This document shows positions 42,965-58,360 of a DNA stretch of 64,000 nucleotides, in pieces. Location: contig LSRY02000048.1 in NCBI GenBank assembly GCA_001643675.2, positions 186,001 through 250,000 on the forward strand, written 5' to 3'. Made by a program: the position numbers and the translations under genes. The notes below the pieces were generated by a model that was given only the letters and a program-made list of their open reading frames with translations, was not told the DNA's origin and made no database searches. Within the stretch, counting starts at the first letter, position 1; every line of letters begins with the position of its first letter. Origin of the DNA: Monocercomonoides exilis PA203 (taxonomy: Eukaryota > Protista > Preaxostyla).

Positions 42965-44319
42965 CAAGGAGCATTGGAAATGGGATTTATTGGTGGATCG
43001 TTCTGATTATTTCAACTTTTTTCTTTCTTTCTTTTTTTCTTTCTTTCATTCTTTGTTTTGAAATGTTTTTCCACTTGTTTGAAGAGTGGTGGAAAAAGAT
43101 TAAAAAAATACTTTTTGATTTTAGATTTTTTTTTCAATGCAATTATTTTGATTTTTTAGAATAATTTCCATCAAGCGATAACTGTTGAGTGTGTTGTTTC
43201 TGTTTCAATTGTCTTTTCATTTATCTTTTTTATTTTCTCTCTCTTTTTTTTCCTTCTCTTGATTTTGAGATATTTCGAAAAAGAAAGGTTTGTTCGTGAA
43301 AGTTAGTTATTTCATGACTGTTATCGTTGTGGTTGTGGAAATTCTTCAGAGTGTTTGATATTTTTGTTCAGCATTTGATTTGTGCATCAGCCAGTATTTG
43401 TAATTATATTTATCTATTTCTGTTATTTGCTTTGTTCGATGAAATTTCTTGTGAGGCTCTTTTGCAAAAAAGAATTGGATTTATTGGCTTTTGACTTTGA
43501 GAAGTTGGGAGCGTTTCCAGCATGTTTTTGACATTTTTGTTGCAGATGAAAGAGAGCAACAATCTGTTTTTGAATTTTTTTATTCCCCTTTTCCTCAATT
43601 TCTCAATTGTTTTAATTTGTTTATTTGTTTGTTTGTGTTGTTTTGAGTGCTTTGTTTTTTGTTCATGTACTTCCAAAAAAAATTATTATTATCATTATTT
43701 TATTGGGTCATAAGTTTTTCTCAGCCTCAAGTTTTGTTATGTTGGGAAAAAAAATTATTTTTGAAGCTTTCAAATGCATTTTTTGATTTCAACAAATGGC
43801 TGAAACATAATAATGATAAAGAAATGGGCATTCCAAAAACAAAAAATTTTGCAGCATTTTGATGTTGATTTCTTCAAAAAGAGTTTTCAAATAAAAAACA
43901 AATTCGATTAAGAAAGCTTAATTTCAAAATCTCTGATTTTTCATATTCATGTTCAAATTCTTTTTCTTTCTTTTCTTCTATCTTTCTTCATTGGTTGTTG
44001 TTGTTGTTGAATTTCCTATGAAATATATCAATTTTTTTGAAAAGTTCCTTTTGTCAAATTTTCAGGTGAATATTTGATGAAAATATTCGGTTTTCATTTT
44101 CATCTGAAATTTTCACAAAAGGAACCTTTCAAAAAAAATTTAGACATCAAACAATCAATTGTGAAAAACGGAAAGATTGTTGAAAAATGTGAAAAAAGAG
44201 AAACGAGAAACGCAGTTGACAGAATCTCCCAGCATGATCATTGAAATCTAAGTTCTTGTTATGCTTTCTATTTGAAACTTTATTCATTACGAAAATACAT
44301 TTTTTCTTGATTTAAATTA

Positions 44320-44683
44320 CAGATTGCGCAAAAAATACCGGGCAAGATCGAATTCTCAATAACTGCAAGATAAATAATTCTGTTTCACTTTCCTCAAAAT
44401 TCATCTCATCAACACTAACTCATTTGACATACAAATCTTTCAAAACAGCTTCATTTGTGCTCAGAGAAAATAATTATTATCAATATCCCAGAAAAACTCA
44501 AAAATCTGTTTCTGCGAGATTTCAATCATTAATTATTTCTGAGCTCAAATGAGGCTATTTCGAAAGATTTGAATATCAAATGAGTTTGTATTGATGAGAT
44601 ATATTTTGAGGAAAGTGAAACAGAATTATTTATCTTGCAGTTATTGAGAAATTGATCTTGTCTGGTATTTTTTGCACAACCTG
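44320..44683. mobile_element. Foldback/MITE, partner of 23299-23659
   Basis: TA|CAGATTGCGCAAAAAATACCGGGCAAGATC ... GGTATTTTTTGCACAACCTG|TT. Confidence 0.85.
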
Positions 44684-45694
44684 TTCAATTTAATCCTGAT
44701 ATTATCACATCGAATATAGTTCATATCGATTATAGTCAAGTTTTTCCTGGACAGACATTTTTTCCATTTTTCCATTCATTTTCCATCGAAAAAAATTACA
44801 GGGCAAAATATATGTAGTCATAATTTGTTTTGTTGAGAGTTCATTTTTAATTGAAAAATCGGTTTTTTGATCAAATATTTCTATTTTTCGATTTTTCAAA
44901 AGTGCATTCAAATAAAACTTAATAATGTGCACAAATGATAAAAAAAGTTCAAGCAAGTGAAAAAAAAAACTGTTGTAGTGAATAATTTCCAAATATGGAA
45001 AAACTGACCCAGAAATAATTTATTATTAATAATTATTTATTTTTTTCTGTGAAAATTGACATTGCACATTATCACAATCGGATATTGTCACAAAAAGTTG
45101 TGAAAAAACTTATGTGATAAAGTCCGATCAAGACTGCATATGTGTGAGAATGAGAAAAAGGAGAAATTTTACTTATTTTCCTTTATTTCATTGTTTTTTA
45201 AAACAGTAATAGAATGCAATTCACATGATTGTCACATTGCTTTGAGAAGTTTTGTTAAATGTAACATAAGGGCTTTTTGCCAAAACTTGTTTTTGTGGAT
45301 ATTTTCTCAATTTAATGTTCTGCTTGCCTATTTTCGAAAAAAAAATGGTAATATTTTTTTAAAAATGGTTCATGCAATGAATTTCTCTTTTAAACATATC
45401 GAACTGATCGAATTTGTTCGGAAATATTCACTGCTGCTCTCAAGATCATTGTGAAAAATGAAAAAAGATTATAATCTTTCAAGTAATATTTTTCAACCAA
45501 AAAAACAAAATTTGCAATTATCATTGAATTGTGTAATTAAAGAAGTCGAATTCTTATTTAAAACTTTTATTTATTTCTAGATTTTATATTTTATATGAAG
45601 AATCTCTGAATAGTTTTTATTTTTTATTTCTTTGCAAATGAATAATGGTTTATTTGTAGGAAATATATCATATTATTGTGCAGATCAAAAATTA

Positions 45695-48600
45695 ATGGTT
45701 TTTCTATTTATTCTATGTTTTTTATTTTGCAGCGTTCATTGTGCTTCAAATGAGAAAATTGTGGAAGCAATGACGGTGTTACCTCGTTATGGTTCACAAA
45801 TCAACCCAAGGCTCTCTCCGTTTGTTCAGAGTTTTTCAAGTGGAAATTGTTCAAGTTTATTCATTTATGGAGGAACATGTGACAATGATGAAATGCTATC
45901 AGATGCTTATGTTGTCAATCTTTATCTTTCAAACATAAAACGTCAACAAATACAAATGAAGAGCAAAAAGCCGTTGGTGAAGGATTTTGCTCAATTTGGA
46001 ATAAACAATTCATTTTTTATCTGGGGTGGATGGAAAGAATCTGGATTATCGAATTCTCTGTGGTCATTTGACATGAGCTCAAGCACTTGGAAGGAAGTGG
46101 ATGAAGGAGAAACAATTCCAGAAGCGAGACATTCAATGGCATATGCTTCAAACGGGGACAAACTTTACATTTTTGGAGGAATCAGTGCTTCTGGATTTCT
46201 AAATGATGTTTGGGAATTCAATTCTCAAACGCGAAAATGGAGAGAATTGAAAATTTCATCAAGTGGAGAAGGTCCAAAACCATGTTGTTGGGCAGGAATG
46301 CTTGTTTTCAATGGATGTGCAGTTGTTTATGGAGGAGATACAGGAATCAGCACAGATTCAAAGCTCAGAATGTTCAGAACAAAAATCGATGACACTTATC
46401 CTGTTTGGGAAGAGGTGAAAATAACTGATAGATATGGAAATGACAGTAATGTACCAGAATCCAGATCCAATTATGGACATTCAACATTCGTTTCTTCTGA
46501 TGGAGCATATTCATATATTTTTGGTGGTTGTCCTGTCAACAAAATAAGAAATGAATTCAATTCATTGCTAATTCTTGACTGCAGCCAAGTGACAAAAAGT
46601 GGGAGTGGAACATTAACAGCAAGATTCAAAACAATAAAACCCAAGGAAACAAACGAGACTGGAGAAAAAGATTTGTTTCGGGTTGATTGTGGATGTGCAA
46701 CAGACAAAGATGGAAATCTGTTTATTTTTGGAGGAAGGACACAACAAGGGATCAATTCAGATCTAATTGTTGTTATGAAGGAAGATATGAAGTTTGATCA
46801 AACGGAAGAGGAAATGAATTCCAACGAATCAATCAAACGAAGAAGAGAATTCCGAAAGAAGATTCTCAATGACGAACATCAGGTTAAAAAAATCAGAAAT
46901 AGTGAAATGAAAAAGATTTCAACAGTACCAAAAATTTCTAAAAATTCAAATGAATATGAACCTCCGTTTGTTTCTGTTCTCTCAGAAAGATACTTTGCAC
47001 CTTCTCCTCGAATCAATCCAATTGTTGGCAAGTTTTTTGATCAATTCTTTATATATGGAGGACGAGATCCGGTCACTGGAGAAATTTTTAATGATTTCTT
47101 TGGATTTAACATGAAAGGTGATGAATGGAGTGAATTACCTGCAGACTCTTCTTCAGTAACTCGTCCTGCAAGAGAATTAGCTGCAATTTGTTTCAAAAAT
47201 GGGAGATTACTGATATTTGGAGGTTTAGGACCAAATCCGCATACAGGAAAAACCGAACCTTCAAACGAGTTATGGGAATATGAGATAATGGATTCGTGGA
47301 GATTATTAGGGAAGGATTCACATGAACAACCGAAACCTGTTTTTGGAGCATCTGCAACATTATTCATGGATTATTTGATTGTTTTGGGTGGAAAATTATC
47401 TGATGGAACATTGAGCCAAGATCTATCAGTTTTCAATTTTGGAACTGGAACATGGAAGATTCACAGCGAAGGGGTAGAAGCGTTCAAGCCAGCTATTTTT
47501 GTAATGAATATGAATATTCCGAATTCTTCAAATGAAAATATCATGAATGAAAGTTCACTTAAAAGAGCAAAAAATTTGGCAAGCATCAATTCCAAAGGAT
47601 ATGGATCCCTTCCACATTATTCAGAAGCAGACATTGCAAACAAAACCCACATAATCAAACATGCCAGCACAAATGGGAGGCCCGTCCTGGTATCAGTTGG
47701 TGGCCAAACAGGAAAACAGCCGTTCATTTCATTTTCACTTTGGGATCCAAATGATGATTTCAAACTAATAAAAAACTCAACTCTCAATAGCAATTCAAAA
47801 CGAAAGAATCGAATGAAATCGAACGAATTTTGGAGATATTCGGGAACCGATGAAGAACGCGAAGAAAATGACGAAGATTTAATCTTTCATCACATTGATG
47901 GTTTGGCATTACCAATGAGAAATAGAGTTCTCATGTTTGGAGGAAAAAAAGGAGAACTTGCAATGGATACATTCAAGATTATTGAATTTGACGAATTCGG
48001 AAAAGCAAAGGTAACAGAAGATGATGGTAGTGTTTTGGGAAAAGAATTTCATCTTGATATTGTTGAAGCAGGATGCACACTTGTTGAAAGAAGTGTTTTT
48101 TGCTTTGGTGGAAGACAAGTGAATAAAGATAGAACAATTATTCCTGGGGCAGTAGATAAATTTCGTTTTTTCAATCTCACAAACGCATTTCCTTGTGCTC
48201 TAGGATCAAAAGAAAATGAGAATCATGAATGTGTGGAATGCGATGATGGTGAATTCTGTGATGATAATGAAAAAATAGAATGCAAGAAATGCCCTCCAGG
48301 AACACATGATAGATATGGAGATGCTAAATATACAGGATGCAGTCCAGTTCCAAAAGGTCATTTTACGAATGAATCAAGATCAGAAAATTATAAGAATTGC
48401 TCAAATGGGTTTTCGTGTCCAATAGGTTCAGCGGCTGAGAACAAAGGTTATGAAAATAAAACCATTCTTTCTCAGCCATCTTCGTTGGAGCCATTCAAAT
48501 TTGAATCATTAATAAAAATGTTAGCAATTGCCATACCAGTTTGCGTTGGTGTCTTGATCGCAATTTTGCTTCTTTGCTTCCCAACAAAAGCCCATTTATT

Positions 48601-49827
48601 TAAATTGGACAGATTCTCAGATAAATATGTTGATTCAATTGATCCTGTAACTCATTCCTCTGTCAAGTACATTCGAAAAACCACATTGGGAGGTTTATTA
48701 TCAATTATTGGCATTTCACTTGTTTTTGGGTTTGTTCTTCACGTTTTCGTAAATTTCGCATTTTTCAACTTAAGTGAAACACAGTCTTATGTTGATTCTT
48801 TGACGGATTACACTTCAAAAGGAATTACTCAATTCGAAAATAAAAAAGTTTTTGTGGAGGTGACATTAATAGATTATTCGAGAAGTTGTGTCGAAGGGGC
48901 TAATTTTTCTGCTGAAATTAGCGGAAATTGCTCAGAAAAACTTGGAATTGGAAAAACCCTATATGATCCTTTCAGTGTGAAAATTCATTAATCTTCATAT
49001 CAAAATTGTTTTAACTATTTTTTAATTATTGTTTATTTTCAGATTGGTACAGATCAAATGAAGAAATCGTCAACCATTTTTGTTCTCAAAAGCCTTCAGA
49101 TAGGAAATATTATCCAGAAACACATATGTGCACAATAACATTTCAAGAGCAAGAAATGAGCAAACAACTCACGCAAGGTTCTCTGAATTATGTATCATTG
49201 CATTCAACAGAGAAAGGTGCATCTTGTCGTGCAATTAAAGTGTTTGCCCGTGTCGATACTGAAATTCCAGAACAAAAGAAATCAAAAAATAAGGAAAATC
49301 AAGCTTCATCACTTGAACAAGTTTATGTGAATGACTACGACAGTGCTCTTGGTGGGTCCGTTTCGACAAATGTTACAATTGAACTCCTCCATTCAGTCTT
49401 TTATAAAAGTGATGCTTTTAGATCATATAAACCAGCAAAGGGGCATCTTGTAAATAAAATGATATTTGAAATCGGTTCGACGGCTGATGAAAGAAATCTG
49501 ACAGATTGTTCTGGATTCGGAATGAACATTTTCTTCAAATTTGGGAAATCTTCTTTAGTCACGGTTCATTCTGTCAAAGTGAGCTGTTTGACTCTTTTAT
49601 CTTCCCTTGGAGGAACATTTGTATATTTGGGATATGTTGGAAACTTTTTGCCAATTATTGAAACTTTCTTGAATATCAACTGGCTATGTGGAAAGAAAGT
49701 GAAGAGAAAGCTTGATTGTGTTTTCCAGGATTCAATAAAAAAAAAAGAGAGAAAGTCAGTTAAAGAAAGATATATTGAAGAAATGGATTTAACATTAGAA
49801 GATTCTCTCACAAGAATTAGTGAATGA
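45695..49827 (+). CDS. Kelch-repeat, Cys-rich, multi-TM membrane protein; intron 48975-49042
   Basis: Signal peptide MVFLFILCFLFCSVHC; many F/Y-I-F-GG...W kelch repeats; CxxCxxGxF Cys-rich segment; three further hydrophobic helices. The phase-1 intron joins the two ORFs. Confidence 0.85.
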
Positions 49828-51705
49828 CTATTCATTATTTCTTTGAGTAAACTGCACGTCGTCTTTATTATATTACCATTCAGTAAATTGACTCAATCAT
49901 ATATTATTTTTCATATTTCGTTCACATGAATAAATATGCCCAGGATTCAAAAACACTGAAAGAAGGGAACTTAAAAGTTTTCTTCAAAAATGAACATTTT
50001 CTTGACAAAAAGACTTTCAGTTTCCAAACCATCTTTCATCAACACTCCTTGATGTCAAAAATTTGTTTGCTTATCGCTTTAATTTTATTAAGGGCTTTCT
50101 TAATCAAAAACAACTGTCCTTTTATTGAAATTATGGAAATATTTATTGTGAAAATAAAAATTTTATGATCACAAAAAACTATAAACAGGTTTTTCAATTT
50201 TCGAATACTGACCATTTGCAATTGTTATGGTTCAAAACATAGAATTTCTGTATTTAACTGAAGTTTGAAAAAAAGCCCCATGAAAGATGTTATGTGAATA
50301 AAGAACTGTTCAATTTTGGTAAGAGTGGACTCAACCGACACCCAAAAAATGATATACATAATCATTTTTCCAACATATAAATGATTAATATTTTCTTAAT
50401 TCTAATTTTTTTAAAAAAATAACTGTATTCAAATATTTAAAATCATCTCTTTCTTATCATTAATTTTCAAAAAAATATGAATATTCAATGGAAAACCCTA
50501 ACTTTTTTATTTTTTCTTAACCCTAGCAAATAAAACGCGAAAACAATTAGTCATATAACACTAAAAAGTCTTCAATTCAGAGCTTGTTTAAGAAAAGAAA
50601 TAACATAAATTTAAATATAAAGGGCATGATCAAAACTGGTTTCAATTGATTCCACTTTAACCTCAATTTATTCTTATTTGTTCAATTTGCTATTTCAATC
50701 ACATGACGTTAATAGTGTCTCAACTTTTTTTCTTTATTAAAAAAAAAAAATGAATCCCTAAAGTTTCCTTTAGCCAAAAAATTCGAAATTATTTCCGAAA
50801 AAAAAAATGATTGTTCAATAAAAACAACCTTCTTCGTTTGGAAAATGTTCGAGAAAGACTTTTTTGGTACAAATTAAAAAGTTCCTTTATGAGAAAATCA
50901 AAATACAAATAATTATGTTGGAAAATAACAAAATATTTCATATTTTACGAAAAGTCGCACCCTTTGAGTGAAACATAAGTTTTTTCAAAAAAGTTCGAGT
51001 TGTAACCAATAAGTCTAACGATTTTCAAAAAAGACAAATTCTTTTGCACTAAGCCTTAAATGTCAATGGAAGTCATTAACTTATTGTGAAAGTTCCAGTC
51101 TATTGTGAGTTTATTTATAAATAGAATTAGGAATAAGGAATGAGTTTGTTTTCACGTATTTATCAATTTACATGATTCATCATAATACTTGTTTGTTTTC
51201 TTATTAAAAAGCAATGTTGAAAAAAAAATTTTTTTTTCAATTTTTATTTTTATTTCCTTAATTGTTTAATTAATTAATTGTTATTGTTATTATTTTGAAA
51301 ATGTTCACGTGAAAAGAAAAAATGAAATCCACTCTATTCGTATTACAGATGTTTAGGCGATCATTCAAAACATCATAAATTATATTCAAATACAATCACT
51401 TCTGATGACATCTGAAATGAAAAACACAATTTTTATTTTCATTTTTGTTTCATCAGTTAATCATTATTATTGATGCTTTCCTGGTTTATTTCCACAGAAG
51501 TGAGACTTTTTGGAACATCAATAAAGAATAAAAATCATTTTTTAACTTTTTTTCTGATTTTAACAACAAATGATATAATTATACATGAATTATTTTTGAT
51601 TCAGAATAAAAAATTTATCCCATCGTTTTATTTTTTGTTCCATTCATTGAGGAATGCATTTTTTTCGTGAAAGAAAAAAATAGTTCCGAAATAATATTTG
51701 AATTA

Positions 51706-53259
51706 CACTGACAATCAAAAATAACTGATCCACTCACAAAAATTGAAAATATGAAGCAACAGTAATGAAAGAAAAAAAATCACATTCAATTATTATTATT
51801 ATCAAACACGTTAATGCTTTGCAATAGAGATATTTTTTTTTTTCTCTTTTCAAAAACAATAAAAAAAGAACGGTTTTCCTGAAAATAGAAAAAATTATTT
51901 GTCAAAAATATGTGATCTGAATTTTCAAAAAAAAGTTAAATTTCTAAAATTAATGCCAATAACATAATAAAAATATATTAATAGTTGATTGATCCTCCTT
52001 CATTTAAAATAACTGTTTTAAGGCGTTTGTTCATCGAATGAACAAGTTTATTTATAATATCCATTTCAATTTCATTCCAGGCATCCAAAATTGATTGTTT
52101 CAGCTCATTCACATCTTTCTTTGGTTTTCCATCTTTGAAAACTATCCTAGATAAAATGCTCCACACATTTTCGATGATATTTAAATCTGGAGAATAAGGA
52201 GGCCATTCTACGCTGGTTATTGTAAAATCTTTGATAACATTTTGCACCTTTAAAGATCGATGAATTGGTGAATTATCGTGGATAAATCTCCAATAATTTT
52301 TGAATCGCTTGCGTGCATTAGGAATCAATGAAAATTTCAAAATACGACAATATTCCTCAGAATTCATTGTTTCACTGACAAAAACGATTGGTGATTTGAA
52401 ATTAAAACCCACTGCAGCCCATATATTTATTTTTTCATGTTTATTCTGACTTTGATGATCGAAAATTTCCTCATTATCTTTTTCAATCCATTCCATTCTT
52501 GTATTATCTGGTCCAAATAAATTGAATTTTTTTTCATCTGCGAAGATCGTAAGTTCCCATAATTCATCGTCCCTTAAATGTTTTTCCGCAAATTCGTTTC
52601 TCTTCTCACAAGCATTCTTTGATAAATAAGGTTTGATTTTTCTCTTTGTATATTTTCTATTTATTAAGCGCAATAGTCGATGAGCAGTGGAATTGCTGCA
52701 ATTCACGCTAAGATAATCGGTTAGATCTCTGGCTCTTCGAATTTGCATGCATTTTGATTCTTTTTTAGCTTTTCTCAACAGGGCAGGCGTAAGAATAAGT
52801 GGCCTTCCGAGTTTGCGTCTGACAAGCCGTTTTGATTGAATATGGTTTGTTTTCAAGTACTTTTTTGCAGTATTGACTGAAATATTCAATATACGAGCAA
52901 TTTCGTTTCTTCCTTTTCCTTGATCGCGCAGTGTGTGAATTTTCTTTTGAATCGAGCCCTTTGTAATTCTTGTCATTTTGTTTTGTTTGTGTATTATTTC
53001 TTTTTTTGTATTAATACTTTTATCATTCGCAAATTAACCTTTTTTTCCGGATCACATTTTTTTGAAAATAATTTCCTGCAAAATATAAAAATAAACGATT
53101 TTTTATATTGATCAAGTCTTTTTTTATAAACAAAAACTGATAAATCTTAAATGTCATTTTGTTATTTACTGATCGATATATTTTCGCTTTTGACTTATGC
53201 TTTTGTTGTAAAAATAATAAAGAAACTTCATCAGGATCACATTATTCTGATGAGCAGTG
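51706..53259 (-). mobile_element. Full-length Tc1-family transposon (1554 bp), TA target duplication
   Basis: TA|CACTGACAATCAAAAATAACTGATCC ... GGATCACATTATTCTGATGAGCAGTG|TA flanking an intact transposase. Confidence 0.9.
51978..52976 (-). CDS. Tc1 transposase, DD34E
   Basis: N-terminal HTH, GRP motif, IFADEKKF, HDNSPIH, WPPYSPDLNIIENVW; 34 residues between the second D and E. Confidence 0.95.
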   Translation of the reverse strand: MTRITKGSIQKKIHTLRDQGKGRNEIARILNISVNTAKKYLKTNHIQSKRLVRRKLGRPLILTPALLRKAKKESKCMQIRRARDLTDYLSVNCSNSTAHRLLRLINRKYTKRKIKPYLSKNACEKRNEFAEKHLRDDELWELTIFADEKKFNLFGPDNTRMEWIEKDNEEIFDHQSQNKHEKINIWAAVGFNFKSPIVFVSETMNSEEYCRILKFSLIPNARKRFKNYWRFIHDNSPIHRSLKVQNVIKDFTITSVEWPPYSPDLNIIENVWSILSRIVFKDGKPKKDVNELKQSILDAWNEIEMDIINKLVHSMNKRLKTVILNEGGSINY

Positions 53260-53743
53260 TAAATGAAAAAACTCAATTATTACGAAAAGACAGTTTAATA
53301 CCGAGAAAGATTGTTTTATATTGACATGGAAAAAATTATTCCGATTAAGATTTATTCATTCCCGAAATTTCATTGGCTTCTCGAAAAGAATGTTTCTTTC
53401 CGTAAAATATCTATTGCTTGTGCATCATCAAATATATATTCCCTAAATGTTTTTTTTTTCGAGCTGCAATCTTGTGTGCGCTTTAGGCAATGCAGATTTT
53501 TATTCAAAATTAATGATAAGTATGATTCACATCAAAAACCAATTCTCTTTTAAAATTAATTATAATTTTTAATATATTGATGCTTCAAATATTTTTTAAA
53601 TTGTCAATTGATTACAAACTTTTGAGTTATCACCTAAACGAATATTAAATACCAAACATCAATTTTTTCAAAAGACAAATTAACTTTAAAATTCCAAGAG
53701 CAGAGCAAAAAATAAATTACTTGTTATTAACAAAATTCAAAAT

Positions 53744-56168
<2,425 letters not shown>

Positions 56169-56268
56169 TGAATTAAAAAATTATTTATATGTTTGATCAA
56201 ATATATGATAAAAACGTTATTTTCATCCTTTAATATCCTTTGAAAGCAGAAAAGAAAAAGTTCAAAAC

Positions 56269-56723
56269 TTAACAGGAAGGAAATGGATTGTGAAGTGGAG
56301 TTAGTTTGCGATTATTGTGACGTTTTGGAACGTTATCCTTCAATGTTTTCAGATAAGACGGAAATGCTTTTTGCGCGAGGCCTTGACGACACGGAACATC
56401 CGAAAGCATAATAACGCATTTGCCATCTTCCCTTGGATTCATTGAAAGAATAACCATGAGATCAGGAGGGAATCCAATACTTTTCAAATATTCTGATGAA
56501 AATGCCTATCAAAAGGGAGAGGGAGATTAATTGATCACATTTGCAAAATCATTTATTATTCAATAATGACACAACACATACTCTTGCAGCGGGAAGATTG
56601 CATGGAGAATCAATAAGGAAGTGGCATTGTGTTCCACTCTTTGTATCTGTTTCTGCGACTTCTACTGGCTTATAGATCTTTTGCTGTTGAGCTGGTGATT
56701 TGGATTTTAAAAATGACCTCATA
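56269..56723 (-). CDS. Small hypothetical protein (~125 aa, one intron ~56581-56507)
   Basis: MRSFLKSKSPAQQQKIY...NLPAAR joined by GTATGT..TAG to AFSSEYLKSIGFPPDL... in frame. The start is uncertain. Confidence 0.6.
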
Positions 56724-57292
56724 ACCGGGTATTTAAACTGATTCTGTCACAAAATGAATAAATAAGAGAAGTTTGACATTTTTATTTGAAAGTTGCTTTT
56801 TCAAACAAACTGCCGAAGGATAAATATTTTCGGGAATAATTAAGGAAATAAGAAGAAAAATATAAATAATCATTTTCAAAGTTTAGTTGATTTTTTTCAA
56901 ATTGAAATTGATGATCATGATTTACAGTGTGTCAAAAAGAAATGAAAAGGGCAAAGCAGATCTTATTTGGTCATATCTATTTCTTCGAACTTATAAAGCA
57001 AAATGCATATGTCAATCAAAAAAGAGAGACGACAGAAATGGAAGAAAACTTTTAGGATGTCAAACAAAAGACTAAAAGAAATTCATAAGTTCAAAAACTT
57101 TGGAAGTCAAAAATGTCAAAATAAAACCAGCTTTTGAAAAACGAATTTCTGAATAATGATGAAATTTGACAATAAAAAGGAGAAAAGATCCTAAGGTGAT
57201 GAAAGCCATATGACCAAATATAGAAGATAAATTATTTTTGTCAAAAAAATCTGCGACGATTAAGTCTCCTATTCGAAATGTAATTCGTTTTT

Positions 57293-57959
57293 CTACTTTG
57301 ACATCATCATTTTAACAAATTCTGCATAGTCAATTTGACCATCTCCATTGAGATCTGAAAAAAATTTTCAAAACGAAAAAGAAATTTTAAATGAATGAAA
57401 TTGCACAAAATAATGATTTCATACCAGCTTCTTTAATCATTTCTTCAAGTTCTTGTTGGGAAAGTTGCTCACCCAAACTTGCCATGACTGATTTCAACTC
57501 TTCAGCAGAAATAAATCCATTTCCATCTTTATCGAAAACTCTGAAGGCATCTTTAAGTTGCTCTTCAGTATCTGCATTGCTCAATTGTTTTGACATCATG
57601 ACGAGAAATTCTGGAAAATCGATGGTTCCACTTCCGTCAGCATCGACATCAGCGATCATATCTTTAAGTTCTTGCTCAGTTGGAGTTTGTCCAAGTGATC
57701 TCATAACTAAAAAGATAGTCAATAATTACACAAATAAATGAAAACAAAAATACCTGTTCCAAGCTCTTGCGTTGTAATAAAGCCATCTCCATCTTTATCG
57801 AACAAAGAAAATGCCTCACGATAATCAGCAATTTGTTCCTCAGTTAATTCGTCGCTCTATTTTGACGAAACAATTAAATATAAAACAGACATAAAAAATA
57901 TATAATTTATATATAATTAAAATACTCAGAATACATTGTATTATAAGTTTTCAAACCAT
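57293..57959 (-). CDS. CaM: Calmodulin (4 EF-hands), 4 exons with an ATG-only first exon
   Basis: M|[25 protein letters not shown]...[20 protein letters not shown]. An intron directly after the ATG is the conserved calmodulin position. Confidence 0.93.
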
Positions 57960-58360
57960 GAAAGTTTTTACTAGAATGAGATCTCAAAGTATATATACGA
58001 TGATCAAATTGATCAAAGTCCGTTTTCCCACTATTACTTGCTCGTGTTAATAGGATTTTCATAATTTTTTATTCTTTTTTGAAAACAGCATGAAAAATAA
58101 AGCTTTCTCCGCGAAAATGTTAAGAATATCTTCCGGATATATTTTCACATGGAAATTTCAAAAAAAATTATTAAAAAACACTTATTTAAAAACTGAAAAT
58201 TCTTCAAACGCATATGCAGATTCACACATATATTAAGAAATTTGTCAACAGTTTAAAAATGAAAAATTTTATGATTACAAAATTTGATTAAAATCATCTT
58301 CAATTTTGGAAATGTTTTCATTTTATATTTGTTTTGCAGGATGAATAAGCTTTTGATTAT

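Larger units (their letters stand above)
23299..44683. repeat. Giant inverted repeat (palindrome), centre ~33995; near-identical core 24316-31044 / 36946-43675
   Basis: The ORF track is mirrored with coordinate sums 67989-67991. Flanks (23299-24315/43676-44683 and 31045-~31500/~36500-36945) are alignable but diverged. Confidence 0.97.

Noticed and set aside
23299-44683. Polinton/virophage or endogenous virus interpretation of the long inverted repeats
   Set aside because: No polymerase, integrase, packaging ATPase or capsid ORF is recognisable inside.
50490-50530. Two AACCCTA telomere-like motifs
   Set aside because: Isolated and non-tandem; compatible with chance.
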